Shown here: in pieces, positions 27,454-37,080 of the stretch
How the letters are laid out: each line of letters starts with the position of its first letter
Position numbering within the stretch: the stretch's first letter is position 1
Source: Xanthobacteraceae bacterium
GTDB lineage: Bacteria; Pseudomonadota; Alphaproteobacteria; Rhizobiales; Xanthobacteraceae
Length of the DNA: 64,000 nt
Reading direction: 5' to 3'
Assembly: GCA_040901465.1 (NCBI GenBank)
Contig: JBBDYN010000026.1
Coordinates: 44,380-108,379, forward strand
The notes under the pieces: model-generated
The model's input: the letters and a program-made list of their open reading frames with translations, nothing else
Databases searched by the model: none
What the model was told of the DNA's origin: nothing
Program-made: the position numbers and the translations under genes

Positions 27454-28662
27454 CTACGCCTTCAACAAATCCCTGAGCGTCGCCGCGATGATCTGGATTG
27501 CCGCCTCCAGATCCTTGATCTGCACGTGCTCGTCGGCACGGTGCGCGTTCGCCTCCAGGATCGAGCGCGGGCCGGCGCCGTAGAGCACCGTGGGAATTTT
27601 TCGCGCTGCATAGTGCCGTGCGTCGGTGTAGAGCGGCACGCCGGTCGGCTTGATGCTCCGCTTCAACACTTCTCGCGCGTGGCGCTGCAGCGGCGCGACA
27701 AGACGCTCGATGCCTTTGCCCTGTTTGAGGGGCTCGGCGAGCAGAATGCGCTTCACCTCGACCTTGATGCCTTTCCGGCTCCCGGCCTTCGTGATCAGCG
27801 CGTTCAATTCGCGCTCGACCTTGCGGCCGCTCTCTTCGGGGATCAAGCGGCGATCGAGGCGCAGCGTCACGAGATCGGGGACGACATTCGTGTTGATGCC
27901 GCCGGAAATCAATCCGACATTTAGCCTGGGCGAGCCGATGCCGGGCGTCGCGCTTTTCGTCTTGCGGAGACGCTTGCGCTCGGCATAGAGCGCCGAGAGC
28001 ACCGCGTTCGCCGCCTCCAACGCGTCGGCACCGGTTTCAGGCATGGCCGCATGCGCCTGCTTGCCGTGCAGCGCCACTTCGAGATGCAGGCAGCCATTGT
28101 GGGCGGTGACGACCGAATAGGAAAATCCCGCGCAGACCGCGAGATCGGGCTTGGAGATTTTCTGATCGAGCAGCCATTTCGGCCCAATATCCCCGCCAGC
28201 TTCCTCGTCATAGGTGAAATGCAGTTCGATCGTGCCGTCGAGGCCCTCCGGCTTTGCCTTCAGCGCGCGCAAGGCAAACGCATAGGTGGCGAAGTCGGAC
28301 TTGGAAACGGCGGCGCCCCGTCCATAGATCGCGCCGTTGCGTTCGACCGCCCCGTACGGATCGACGGTCCAGCCCTGCCCGGGCGGCACCACGTCACCGT
28401 GGGCGTTGAGCGCGATCACGGGCCCCGTGCCCGAGCCGAAACGCTCACGAACGACGAGATTGATCGCCGAGCGCATTCCATGCTTGCGGACGAGCGGGTC
28501 CGGTACGCGATGGCGCTCGACCTTGAAATCGAGCGCCTCGAGCAGCCTCGCTGCTTCCTCCGCATGGCGCGCGCAATCGCCCGGCGGGTTGTCCGACGGC
28601 ACGCGCACGAGCGCTTTCAGGAAGGCAACCGCCCGGGCAAAATCGTAGAAGCTGTCGGCCAC
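27454..28662 (-). CDS. M20-family metallopeptidase (ArgE/DapE-like deacylase)
   Basis: 402 aa with LNAHGDVVPPG, WTVDPYG and GRGAAVSKSD, which are typical ArgE/DapE motifs. It is the last gene of the purine-catabolism gene string. Confidence 0.85.
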   Translation of the reverse strand: MADSFYDFARAVAFLKALVRVPSDNPPGDCARHAEEAARLLEALDFKVERHRVPDPLVRKHGMRSAINLVVRERFGSGTGPVIALNAHGDVVPPGQGWTVDPYGAVERNGAIYGRGAAVSKSDFATYAFALRALKAKPEGLDGTIELHFTYDEEAGGDIGPKWLLDQKISKPDLAVCAGFSYSVVTAHNGCLHLEVALHGKQAHAAMPETGADALEAANAVLSALYAERKRLRKTKSATPGIGSPRLNVGLISGGINTNVVPDLVTLRLDRRLIPEESGRKVERELNALITKAGSRKGIKVEVKRILLAEPLKQGKGIERLVAPLQRHAREVLKRSIKPTGVPLYTDARHYAARKIPTVLYGAGPRSILEANAHRADEHVQIKDLEAAIQIIAATLRDLLKA

Positions 28663-28679
28663 GGAGGTCGCCTTTCGGT

Positions 28680-29924
28680 TCAGGATGCGGGTGGCTTGAA
28701 CTGCTCGACGAAACGCACGAGCGCGGCGACGGCAATGCCCATGTCCAGCGGGCTCGCATACTCCGCGGGATTATGGCTGACGCCGCCTTTGCAGCGTACG
28801 AACAGCATACCGATCGGACAAAGCTTCGCCATCATCAGCCCATCATGGCCGGCGCCGGATGGAAGCCGCAACGGTTTCGCCCCAACAGCCTCGATGGCCG
28901 CACTGAGCTGGTTCTGCACCGATGCATCGCAGGGTGTGGTCGCGATGCGGTGGATCGGCTCGATGGCAAAACCGAGTCCGCGCCGATCGGCGATCGCGCG
29001 CGCTTCCCGCTCGAAACGCTCGACCGCGGTGTGGCGCGCGGCGTCGGAGGCGGTGCGGAGATCGAGGGTAAAGCGGGCGACGCCGGCGATGATATTGGCC
29101 GCGCTCGGCCGGGCCTCGATGCGCCCCACCGTCGCGACCACTCCGTCGCTTGCGAAATCGTGAGCGATCTTCTCCGCGAGCAGCACCATTTCGGCGGCAC
29201 CCGCGAGTGCGTCGCGGCGGAGTTTCATCGGCACGGTGCCGGCGTGGCCCGCTTCGCCAGTCACAGTCGCTTGCAGCCGCGTCTGGCCGACGATTGCGCT
29301 GACGACGCCGAGCGGCTCGCCTTCTGCCTCGAGGACGGGGCCCTGTTCGATATGGATCTCGACATATGCGGCCGCGTCGCCGCGCCGGATCGCGGCCTTG
29401 CCGACGTCGTCGGGGCTCTTGCCGTACGCGCGCAAGGCGTCGGCGAAGGTCACGCCTTCCTGGTCCGTGAGCTCCCAATGCCGTGGATCGAAGTGACCGG
29501 CAAGTGCCGCCGAGCTTGGAAGCGTCGAGGGAAAGCGCGAACCCTCCTCGTCGCCGAACGCGACCAGCTCGATGCCAGTTACGGGGAGCGATTTCTTTCG
29601 CTGCAGCGTGTCGACGGCGAGGATCGGCGCGACCACGCCGAGCGGTCCATCGTAGCGGCCCGCGTCGATCACAGTGTCGATGTGTGAGCCGATGACGAGG
29701 TACGGCGGCTTGCCGATGCGGCCACGCACGTTGCCGATCGCGTCCTCGAATACATCGAGTCCCACTTCGCGCATCCATTGCGCGACGAGATTGGCGGCAC
29801 GGCGGTGCTCCGGGGACAGGAAAAAGCGCACGAGCCGGTCGGGCTCGGCGGAAATCGCGGCCAGCTCCTCGATCATGGCCTCGGCGCGGCGGCCGAGATC
29901 GGCGGGATTGAGGGCGGCGGCCAT
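28680..29924 (-). CDS. allC: Allantoate amidohydrolase / N-carbamoyl-amino-acid amidohydrolase (M20 family)
   Basis: It starts at the ATG at 29924 in an ATGA overlap with the puuD stop. The motifs EDAIGNVRGR, IGSHIDTV and DGPLGV are typical of the AllC/AmaB group. Its position in a purine-catabolism operon favours allantoate amidohydrolase. Confidence 0.75.
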   Translation of the reverse strand: MAAALNPADLGRRAEAMIEELAAISAEPDRLVRFFLSPEHRRAANLVAQWMREVGLDVFEDAIGNVRGRIGKPPYLVIGSHIDTVIDAGRYDGPLGVVAPILAVDTLQRKKSLPVTGIELVAFGDEEGSRFPSTLPSSAALAGHFDPRHWELTDQEGVTFADALRAYGKSPDDVGKAAIRRGDAAAYVEIHIEQGPVLEAEGEPLGVVSAIVGQTRLQATVTGEAGHAGTVPMKLRRDALAGAAEMVLLAEKIAHDFASDGVVATVGRIEARPSAANIIAGVARFTLDLRTASDAARHTAVERFEREARAIADRRGLGFAIEPIHRIATTPCDASVQNQLSAAIEAVGAKPLRLPSGAGHDGLMMAKLCPIGMLFVRCKGGVSHNPAEYASPLDMGIAVAALVRFVEQFKPPAS

Positions 29925-31102
29925 CAGTGCTGTTCCGCGAGCCAGGCGCCGAGCTTCTGGCGTTCCTCGGTGCTCATGCGGGTTTCGTTGCCTAGGGGCA
30001 TGGCGGTAGATTGCACCGCCTGCACGCGCACGAGGCGCGCGTACTGGCGCAGGTCCTGGAGCGACTCGATCCGCATGTCGTTTGGGGCTTCGGCGAAGCC
30101 CGGGTGCTTCGGCCGGCGTGCGTGGCAGACCGTGCAATGGTGATTGACGATCTGCAGCACCTCGGAGTCGGCCACCTGAACCGAACTCGTCGCCGGGCGC
30201 GGCGCGGTGATGGAAATCGCCGACGCGAGCGCAATCGCGGCCACGGGTGCGGCCCAGCTATATGCGTTGAAGTCGTCGCCGGCGTCATGGCGATTGATGA
30301 GATGGCGCACGAGCCCGCCCACCACGATGATGAGCGCGACGACGAGCCATGAATACGGGTGGCTGTAGAGCATCGGATAATGGCTCGAGACCATCATCAG
30401 GAGCACGGGCAGCGTGAGATAATTGTTGTGCACCGAGCGCTGCTTGCCGATGGCGCCGTAGCGCGGGTCCGGCGCCTGGCCAGCTTGCAGTTGCGCTACG
30501 AGCTTCTTCTGGTTCGGGATGATCACGAAGAAGACGTTGACCGCCATGATGGTGCCGACGAGCGAGCCTATATGGATGAACGCGCCGCGGCCGGAGAAGA
30601 CCTGGCTCAAGCCCCAGCTCGCGCCGACGAGCAAGACGAAAACGACGGCTGACAACAGTACCGGGCGCTCGCCAACGGGCGACCGGCAAATCAGGTCATA
30701 GATGAACCAGCCGGCGGCGAGCGTGCCGAGCGAGATCGCGATGGCGAGCGTCGGGGTTATGTCGAGAACTGTCGGGTCAATCAGGTACGCGCGCGCGTTC
30801 CAGTAATACTGGACAATCAACAGGCCGAAGCCCGTCACCCAGGTGAGATACGCTTCCCAGCGGAACCAGACGAGATGCTCGGGCAGTTGCGGCGGGGCGA
30901 CGGTGTATTTGTCGACGTGATAGAAGCCGCCACCGTGCACCTGCCATTGCTCGCCATAGACAGCGGGCGGTGACTTCGGATTTTTCCGCAGGCCGAGATC
31001 GAGCGCGATAAAATAGAAGGATGTGCCGATCCAGCCGATACCCACCACGAGGTGTGCCCAGCGCAGGATCAGGTTCAGCCAATCGGCGATGAAGACGTCC
31101 AT
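29924..31102 (-). CDS. puuD: Membrane cytochrome c urate hydroxylase PuuD
   Basis: 392 aa. It is polytopic (WLNLILRWAHLVVGIGWIGTSFYF...) and has a C-terminal haem-binding CTVCH motif. It sits between guaD and allC. Confidence 0.8.
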   Translation of the reverse strand: MDVFIADWLNLILRWAHLVVGIGWIGTSFYFIALDLGLRKNPKSPPAVYGEQWQVHGGGFYHVDKYTVAPPQLPEHLVWFRWEAYLTWVTGFGLLIVQYYWNARAYLIDPTVLDITPTLAIAISLGTLAAGWFIYDLICRSPVGERPVLLSAVVFVLLVGASWGLSQVFSGRGAFIHIGSLVGTIMAVNVFFVIIPNQKKLVAQLQAGQAPDPRYGAIGKQRSVHNNYLTLPVLLMMVSSHYPMLYSHPYSWLVVALIIVVGGLVRHLINRHDAGDDFNAYSWAAPVAAIALASAISITAPRPATSSVQVADSEVLQIVNHHCTVCHARRPKHPGFAEAPNDMRIESLQDLRQYARLVRVQAVQSTAMPLGNETRMSTEERQKLGAWLAEQH

Positions 31103-31108
31103 CGGATT

Positions 31109-31597
31109 TCAATACGGAATCCGGTTGGGATTGGCGAGCCAGACGGTGAACGGGTTTTCGTCGTCGGTCGTCACGCGTACGATGTTCAGGCTGCGTGCCT
31201 CGATCGGCTTGGCCAATTCCTCATAGAGGAAGGCATCGTCGAACCCCGCTGCGGCCGCCTCATGCTGGGTCGCGGCATAGACCACGCGGTCGACGCGAGC
31301 CCAGTAGGCGGCGGCAAGGCACATGGGACAGGGTTCGCAGCTCGTATAGAGCACGCTGCCTTTTAGATCGAAGCGGCCGAGATTCTTGCCGGCTTGGCGA
31401 AGGGCGATGACTTCGGCATGCGCGGTCGGATCGTTTGTGGCGGTGACGCTGTTCCTGCCCTGGCCCACCACTTCTCCGTCGAAGACGACGATGGCACCGA
31501 ACGGTCCGCCTTCGGCGCTCGCGGCGTTCTTGCACGCGAGGGCTAGGGCCATCCCCATGAATTCGCGATCTTTTTTACTCTCGTGAGCCAATGGCAA
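31109..31597 (-). CDS. guaD: Guanine deaminase (CDA-fold, GuaD type)
   Basis: 162 aa with the zinc motifs HAEV and CEPCPMC. Its small size and its position next to xdhC favour guanine deaminase. Confidence 0.8.
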   Translation of the reverse strand: MPLAHESKKDREFMGMALALACKNAASAEGGPFGAIVVFDGEVVGQGRNSVTATNDPTAHAEVIALRQAGKNLGRFDLKGSVLYTSCEPCPMCLAAAYWARVDRVVYAATQHEAAAAGFDDAFLYEELAKPIEARSLNIVRVTTDDENPFTVWLANPNRIPY

Positions 31598-32558
31598 GCT
31601 CCGTCTTGAATTTGGGATTGGCGAGGGCGCGCTCCCGCTCTACGAGGAGTTCGGCGGCGACCGCGGCGGCGATCACCGGCGGCGATTTGCCGGAAATGCC
31701 GGCGACGCCGATCGGACAAACGAGACGCGTGATAACGTCGGCGGAGACTCCGAACTCGGCGAGCCGGCGTTCGAACAGCGCACGCTTGGTGGCGCTGCCG
31801 ATCAGGCCGACATAAGGAAAGCGCGTGTCGGGCAGCGCGGCGGCCACGAGCGCGAGATCGAGCGCGTGACTATGCGTCATCATGATCACGAAGGAGCCCG
31901 TGGGGGCGTCACGCAACTCGGACTCGGGCAGCGCGGAGACGACCGTGTGCGCGCCAAGCGTGCGTGCGCCGTCGAACGCGTCGGGGCGGTCGTCGATCCA
32001 GCGCACAGTGAAGGGTAACGGCGCCAGCGCCGCGACGAGCGCGCGACCTACGTGCCCGCCGCCGAAGAGGAGAACGGGCGTCCTCGCCTCGCCGAAGCGC
32101 TCAGTGAGGGCGTCGGACCTGTCGCGCGTGATCGCTTCCCCGGGCCGTGCGGTTTGCACCGCGCGGCGACGATAGGGGCCGCTGCCAGAGCGTTCCGCGC
32201 GCACGATCAGTTCGGATTCATCATGTGACGCAAGCGGCGCGATCCATTCGCGGTCGGCTGCGGTGAAGGATTCGTGCAGCAGTTCCGCCCGACCGCCGCA
32301 ACATTGATCGAGTGCGGGCCCAAGCGAGACTGTCTTCCATTCGGCGCCGGGGCCCGCAGCGATCATGTTCTTTGCGACGTCGATCGCGGCCCATTCCAAC
32401 GGCCCTCCGCCGATGGAGCCCGAGATCGATCCGTCGCGCGCTACGACCATGCGCGCGCCCGCCTCGCGCGGGGTCGAGCCGTCGACCTTCGCGACCGTGA
32501 CGAGGCCGGCCGCGCCGTCGCGCTCGATCAGTTTCAGGATGCTGCGCCAGGGCTCCAT
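31575..32558 (-). CDS. xdhC: Xanthine dehydrogenase accessory protein XdhC
   Basis: 327 aa with the XdhC/CoxI N-domain (VDGSTPREAGARMVV) and a Rossmann-like C-domain (LLFGGGHVGRAL). It overlaps the xdhB stop by 1 nt. Confidence 0.85.
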   Translation of the reverse strand: MEPWRSILKLIERDGAAGLVTVAKVDGSTPREAGARMVVARDGSISGSIGGGPLEWAAIDVAKNMIAAGPGAEWKTVSLGPALDQCCGGRAELLHESFTAADREWIAPLASHDESELIVRAERSGSGPYRRRAVQTARPGEAITRDRSDALTERFGEARTPVLLFGGGHVGRALVAALAPLPFTVRWIDDRPDAFDGARTLGAHTVVSALPESELRDAPTGSFVIMMTHSHALDLALVAAALPDTRFPYVGLIGSATKRALFERRLAEFGVSADVITRLVCPIGVAGISGKSPPVIAAAVAAELLVERERALANPKFKTELAIGSRE

Positions 32559-34882
32559 CAGGCTCCTCCCCGCACCACCTGCACGGCGCGCAGGATCGAC
32601 TCCGGTGTTGCGGGCGCGTCGAGCGGTACCTGGCTTCCGGGCTTGAGCGAATGGATCGCGTCGGCGATCGCGGCAAACACGGAGATCGCGAGCATCAAGG
32701 GCGGCTCGCCCACGGCCTTGGAGCGCCAGACGGTCGCTTCGCGATTGACGTTGTCGAAGAATGCCACGCGGAAGTCCTCGGGCAGGTCGAAAGCGGTCGG
32801 GATCTTGTAGGTGGAAGGTGCGTGGGTCGTGAGGCGGCCATCCTTATCGAACACGAGTTCCTCGCTCGTGAGCCAGCCAGCGCCCTGCACGAATCCGCCT
32901 TCGATCTGGCCGAGGTCGACCGCGGGATTGAGCGAACTGCCGACGTCATGCAGCAAGTCGGCGCGTACGATGCGCATCTCGCCAGTGGTCGCATCGATCA
33001 TCACTTCCGAGCACGCGGCGCCATAGGCGAAGTAGAAAAACGGCCGGCCCTTGCCTTTGGCGCGGTCATACTCGATCTTGGGTGTCGCGTAGAAGCCGGT
33101 CGCGGACAATTGCACGCGGCCGCGATAGGCGGCTTCGACCAGTTCCGCGAACGGCAAAGTGCGATTGCCAACGACCACCTGATCGTCGCGGAATCCAATT
33201 TGCTCCTTCGGCACCTTAAAATGATCTGCCGCGAAGTCCGTGAGCCGGCCGCGGATCGTTTGTGCCGCGGCGAGCGCGGCCATTCCGTTGATATCTGAGC
33301 CCGCGGAGGCCGCGGTCGGCGACGTGTTCGGCACCTTGCCCGTGGTCGTCGCGGTGATCTTCACGCGCTCGAGCGAAAGGCCGAAGGCTTCCGCCACGAC
33401 CTGCTGAACCTTCACGAACAGCCCCTGCCCCATCTCGGTGCCGCCGTGATTGAGATGCACGGAGCCGTCGCGATAGACGTGCACGAGCGCCCCGGCCTGA
33501 TTCATTGAAGTGTTGGTGAAGGAGATGCCAAACTTTACCGGCGTCAGCGCGATGCCGCGCTTCAGGAAGCGACTCGTCTTGTTGAAAGCGGCGATCTCGG
33601 TGCGGCGGCGGCGATAGTCCGCGCTTTGTTCGAGCTGGCCGATCAGTTCCGGCAGCACGTTATCTTCGACCTTCATTCCATAAGGAGTCGTGTCGCGATC
33701 GGGCGCGTAGAAATTCGCCTTGCGCACGTCGAGCGGATCGAGGCCGAGCTTCCAGGCAATCGAGTCAATCGCGCGCTCGATCGCCATCATGCCCTGCGGG
33801 CCGCCGAAGCCGCGGAATGCGGTGTTGGAAACCGTGTTTGTTTTCAATCGCTTGGAGCGGATCGCGGCGGCGGGCAGGAAATAGGCGTTGTCGGCGTGAA
33901 ACATGGCGCGGTCGACGACGCCCGGCGAAAGATCGACCGAGTGCCCGCAACGCGCGGCGAGCTGAACGTCGTAAGCCTGAATGCGGCCGGACGCGTCGAA
34001 GCCCACGTCGTAGTCGGCGCGGAAGTCGTGACGCTTGCCCGTCATGATCATGTCGTCGTCGCGATCAAGGCGAACTTTGCATGGGCGTTTCGTCACGTGG
34101 GCGGCAAGTGCGGCGAGTGTGGCCCATTGCGTCGCCTGGCTCTCCTTGCCGCCAAATCCGCCGCCCATCCGGCGCACTTCGACCGTGACCGCGGCCTGCT
34201 TCACCCCAAGCATGTGCGCCGTGATGTGCTGTACTTCGCTCGGATGCTGGGTCGACGAATGGATAAGCAGATCGCCGCCTTCGAGCGGGATCGCAAAGGC
34301 CGCCTGGCCTTCGAGATAGAAATGCTCCTGGCCGCCGATTTGGATGGTGCCCTTGAGGCGATGCAGGCTCTTCGCGGCCGTCCCCTGCACATCGCCGACG
34401 ATGAAATCGTAGTCGTCGAGCACGCGGCTGCCGGCCGCCAACGCGTCGTCCACGGTGATCAGCGGCTTCTCGGCTTCGATTTCAAACTTGGCGAGCTTCA
34501 CGGCGCGGCGCGCTTCAAGGAAGCTCTCGGCGACGACCGCGAACACGGGCTGTCCGTGAAAACGCACTTCCTTGTCCGCCAGCAATTGCTCGTCCGGGAC
34601 AATCGCGCCGATGTTGTTGTGGCCGGGAATCTCGGCGGCTGTCAGCACGGCGACGACGCCGGGCGCGGCGCGGACTGCCGCGAGATCAAGCTTCTTAATG
34701 CGCCCGCGCGCGGCTGGCGCGCCGCCCGGCGCCAAATGCAGCGTGCCTTCGGGCTCGCGCATATCGTCGATATAGGCCGCCGCACCCGAAACGTGCCGCT
34801 CGGCGCTGTCGTGCGCGATCGGCCTGCGCACGATCTTCGGCGCGTCGGCCTCATCCGGACGCTTGTCAGGCAGCGTGTGCAT
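32558..34882 (-). CDS. xdhB: Xanthine dehydrogenase molybdopterin-binding subunit
   Basis: 774 aa with aldehyde oxidase/xanthine dehydrogenase a/b hammerhead and Mo-pterin domains (GGGFGGKE, AFRGFGGPQG, GTEMGQG). Confidence 0.95.
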   Translation of the reverse strand: MHTLPDKRPDEADAPKIVRRPIAHDSAERHVSGAAAYIDDMREPEGTLHLAPGGAPAARGRIKKLDLAAVRAAPGVVAVLTAAEIPGHNNIGAIVPDEQLLADKEVRFHGQPVFAVVAESFLEARRAVKLAKFEIEAEKPLITVDDALAAGSRVLDDYDFIVGDVQGTAAKSLHRLKGTIQIGGQEHFYLEGQAAFAIPLEGGDLLIHSSTQHPSEVQHITAHMLGVKQAAVTVEVRRMGGGFGGKESQATQWATLAALAAHVTKRPCKVRLDRDDDMIMTGKRHDFRADYDVGFDASGRIQAYDVQLAARCGHSVDLSPGVVDRAMFHADNAYFLPAAAIRSKRLKTNTVSNTAFRGFGGPQGMMAIERAIDSIAWKLGLDPLDVRKANFYAPDRDTTPYGMKVEDNVLPELIGQLEQSADYRRRRTEIAAFNKTSRFLKRGIALTPVKFGISFTNTSMNQAGALVHVYRDGSVHLNHGGTEMGQGLFVKVQQVVAEAFGLSLERVKITATTTGKVPNTSPTAASAGSDINGMAALAAAQTIRGRLTDFAADHFKVPKEQIGFRDDQVVVGNRTLPFAELVEAAYRGRVQLSATGFYATPKIEYDRAKGKGRPFFYFAYGAACSEVMIDATTGEMRIVRADLLHDVGSSLNPAVDLGQIEGGFVQGAGWLTSEELVFDKDGRLTTHAPSTYKIPTAFDLPEDFRVAFFDNVNREATVWRSKAVGEPPLMLAISVFAAIADAIHSLKPGSQVPLDAPATPESILRAVQVVRGGA

Positions 34883-36338
34883 CGGGCCTCCGGCCGAAGA
34901 CGCGCGTCTCGGTCGTCGGCGTGCCGCCGATTTCGGCGACGGCTTTAGCGACGAGATTGCGGGCGGCGTCTAGCCGGTACTTTGCGCTCGCGCGCATGTC
35001 ATCAAGCGGCGTGTAGTCCTTCTCCATCGCTTGGAGCGCCGCTTCAACCGCAGCGGCGTCGGCCGCGGCGATGCCCTTAAGGTTCGCTTCGGTCAATTTG
35101 GCGCGCTTCGGCGTTCCCGCCATTCCGCCAAATGCGATGCGGGCGTCAGCGATCTTCTTGCCGTCGAGACGCAGCTTGATCGCACCCATGACGGCGGAAA
35201 TGTCCTGGTCGTAGCGCTTGGCAAGTTTGAAACAGCGGAACTGCTCGCTCTTCGCGAGCTTTGGCACAACGACGGCGCGTACGAACTCGCCCATCGCCCG
35301 GTCCTGTTTCCTGTAATCCAGGAAGAAGTCCTCGAGCGGGATCGTGCGGATCCTGTCGCCGCGTTGAAGCTCGAGCTTTGCGCCAAGTGCGATCAAGGCG
35401 GGCGGGCTGTCGCCGACGGGCGAGCCGTTCGCAATGTTCCCGCCGACGGTCGCGGCGTTCCGCACCTGCCAGCCGCCGAAGCGGCGGATCAATTGGCCGA
35501 GATCGGAATCGATCGCGGCAAGCGCCGGTCCGACCGCCTCGACGGTCACTGTTGCGCCAATGCGTACTTCCGCGCCTTTGTCGTCTATCCCGTCGAGGCC
35601 GGCAACGCGGCCGAGCCAGATGATCTTCGGCAGGTCGCGTAGCTCCTTGGTGATCCAAAGGCCGACGTCAGTCGCACCCGAGACAACGGTCGCGTCCGGA
35701 TTCTCCAGATAGAGATTGGCGAGGCTCTCGATCGAAGCCGGCGCGGCGAAGAAGCGTTCGCGTGTGCCGATGAAAATATCTGCGCGATCCGCGATCGATT
35801 GAAGGCGGCTCGCCGCATCCTTCTCATCGCGATTGAAACGGTCGTCCGGCTTGCCGTTGCAGGCATCGAGTCCGGCATCGAGGATCGGCCGGTAGCCGGT
35901 GCAACGGCAAAGATTTCCTGCGATCGCTTCAACCACGCGTGCGCGCTCGGGCTTGCGGCCTCCGTCGTGATAGAGCGCGAACAGCGCCATGACGAACCCG
36001 GGTGTGCAGAAGCCGCACTGGGAGCCATGATGCTCGACCAAGGCGCGCTGCACGGGATGCAATTCATTGTCGGCGAGGTCTTCCACGGCGATTACCTCGG
36101 CGCCGTCCGCTTGTCCCGCGAGCAAAATACAGGAATTGACCGGCTCATAGACGACGCGCCCCGCACGCAAGCGGCGCAGGACCACGGTGCAGGCGCCGCA
36201 ATCGCCCTCGGCGCAGCCTTCCTTGGTGCCGGTGGCGCGCTCTTCGAGCCGCAAATAATCGAGCAGCGTCGCGGCAGGCGCGAGATCGGAGCGCGCGATC
36301 AGGCGACCGCGCCGGTAAAAGCGGACTTCCTTGCGCAT
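34866..36338 (-). CDS. xdhA: Xanthine dehydrogenase small subunit (2Fe-2S and FAD domains)
   Basis: 490 aa with the 2Fe-2S motifs CAEGDCGACTV and GSQCGFCTPG, plus CRCTGY. A FAD-binding domain follows (GATDVGLW). Confidence 0.95.
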   Translation of the reverse strand: MRKEVRFYRRGRLIARSDLAPAATLLDYLRLEERATGTKEGCAEGDCGACTVVLRRLRAGRVVYEPVNSCILLAGQADGAEVIAVEDLADNELHPVQRALVEHHGSQCGFCTPGFVMALFALYHDGGRKPERARVVEAIAGNLCRCTGYRPILDAGLDACNGKPDDRFNRDEKDAASRLQSIADRADIFIGTRERFFAAPASIESLANLYLENPDATVVSGATDVGLWITKELRDLPKIIWLGRVAGLDGIDDKGAEVRIGATVTVEAVGPALAAIDSDLGQLIRRFGGWQVRNAATVGGNIANGSPVGDSPPALIALGAKLELQRGDRIRTIPLEDFFLDYRKQDRAMGEFVRAVVVPKLAKSEQFRCFKLAKRYDQDISAVMGAIKLRLDGKKIADARIAFGGMAGTPKRAKLTEANLKGIAAADAAAVEAALQAMEKDYTPLDDMRASAKYRLDAARNLVAKAVAEIGGTPTTETRVFGRRPDAHAA

Positions 36339-36433
36339 GGCGAACCTCGCGGCGGCCGCTCATGCCCCCGCAATGGCCGATTTTCGGTCAGAATCAAACG
36401 CTTGGCAATCGGCGCGGGCGGTCTGCGACCGCA

Positions 36434-37054
36434 TCAAAGTCGCGTGAAGCGGCTGAACTGAAAGCGCTGCACCGCGCCCCAAGGGGTCTTGTGATCATCC
36501 TGCAACGTCTCGACCAGTCGCAGTTCCGATCCCAGCTCGGCCGCAAGCGTCTCGGCCGAATAACGCACGACCGGAAGTCCGCTGCAGCGCTCGGGGCCGT
36601 CGAGGGCGAACGTCGAGATCACAACGCAACCAGCTGGCGCTACAGCCGTGAGCAGCGCCTGCTTGTAGGCGGCGCGATCCTCGGGTTCGGTAAGAAAATG
36701 CAGCACCGCCCGATCGTGCCAGAGGCGGTATTGCCGCGACGGTGTCCATTTTGTGATGTCGGCGGTGATCCATTGAACAGACCCGGCGCGCGTCCCGAGG
36801 CGGCGCTGCGTGTGCTCAAGTGCGTGGCCGGATACGTCGAGCACCGTCACGTCCAAATAGCCGGAGTCGACCAAGCGGTCGACCAGCCGAGACTCGCCGC
36901 CGCCAATGTCAATGATCGGCGCATCCTTGCCACCGCCACAATGACGGATGAACTCGATGGAGGTCGCCGGCTCGGTCTGGAACCAGCTGACCTCATCCTC
37001 GGCCTTGTTACCGTAGACGCCTTCCCAGTGCTGTTTCGGGTCCACGTGCCCCAT
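36434..37054 (-). CDS. Class I SAM-dependent methyltransferase
   Basis: 206 aa with motif I IIDIGGGES followed by an acidic post-I residue (VLDVS). Confidence 0.8.
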   Translation of the reverse strand: MGHVDPKQHWEGVYGNKAEDEVSWFQTEPATSIEFIRHCGGGKDAPIIDIGGGESRLVDRLVDSGYLDVTVLDVSGHALEHTQRRLGTRAGSVQWITADITKWTPSRQYRLWHDRAVLHFLTEPEDRAAYKQALLTAVAPAGCVVISTFALDGPERCSGLPVVRYSAETLAAELGSELRLVETLQDDHKTPWGAVQRFQFSRFTRL

Positions 37055-37080
37055 GTCGTCCTCCTCGTAGGCGGTGCGCC

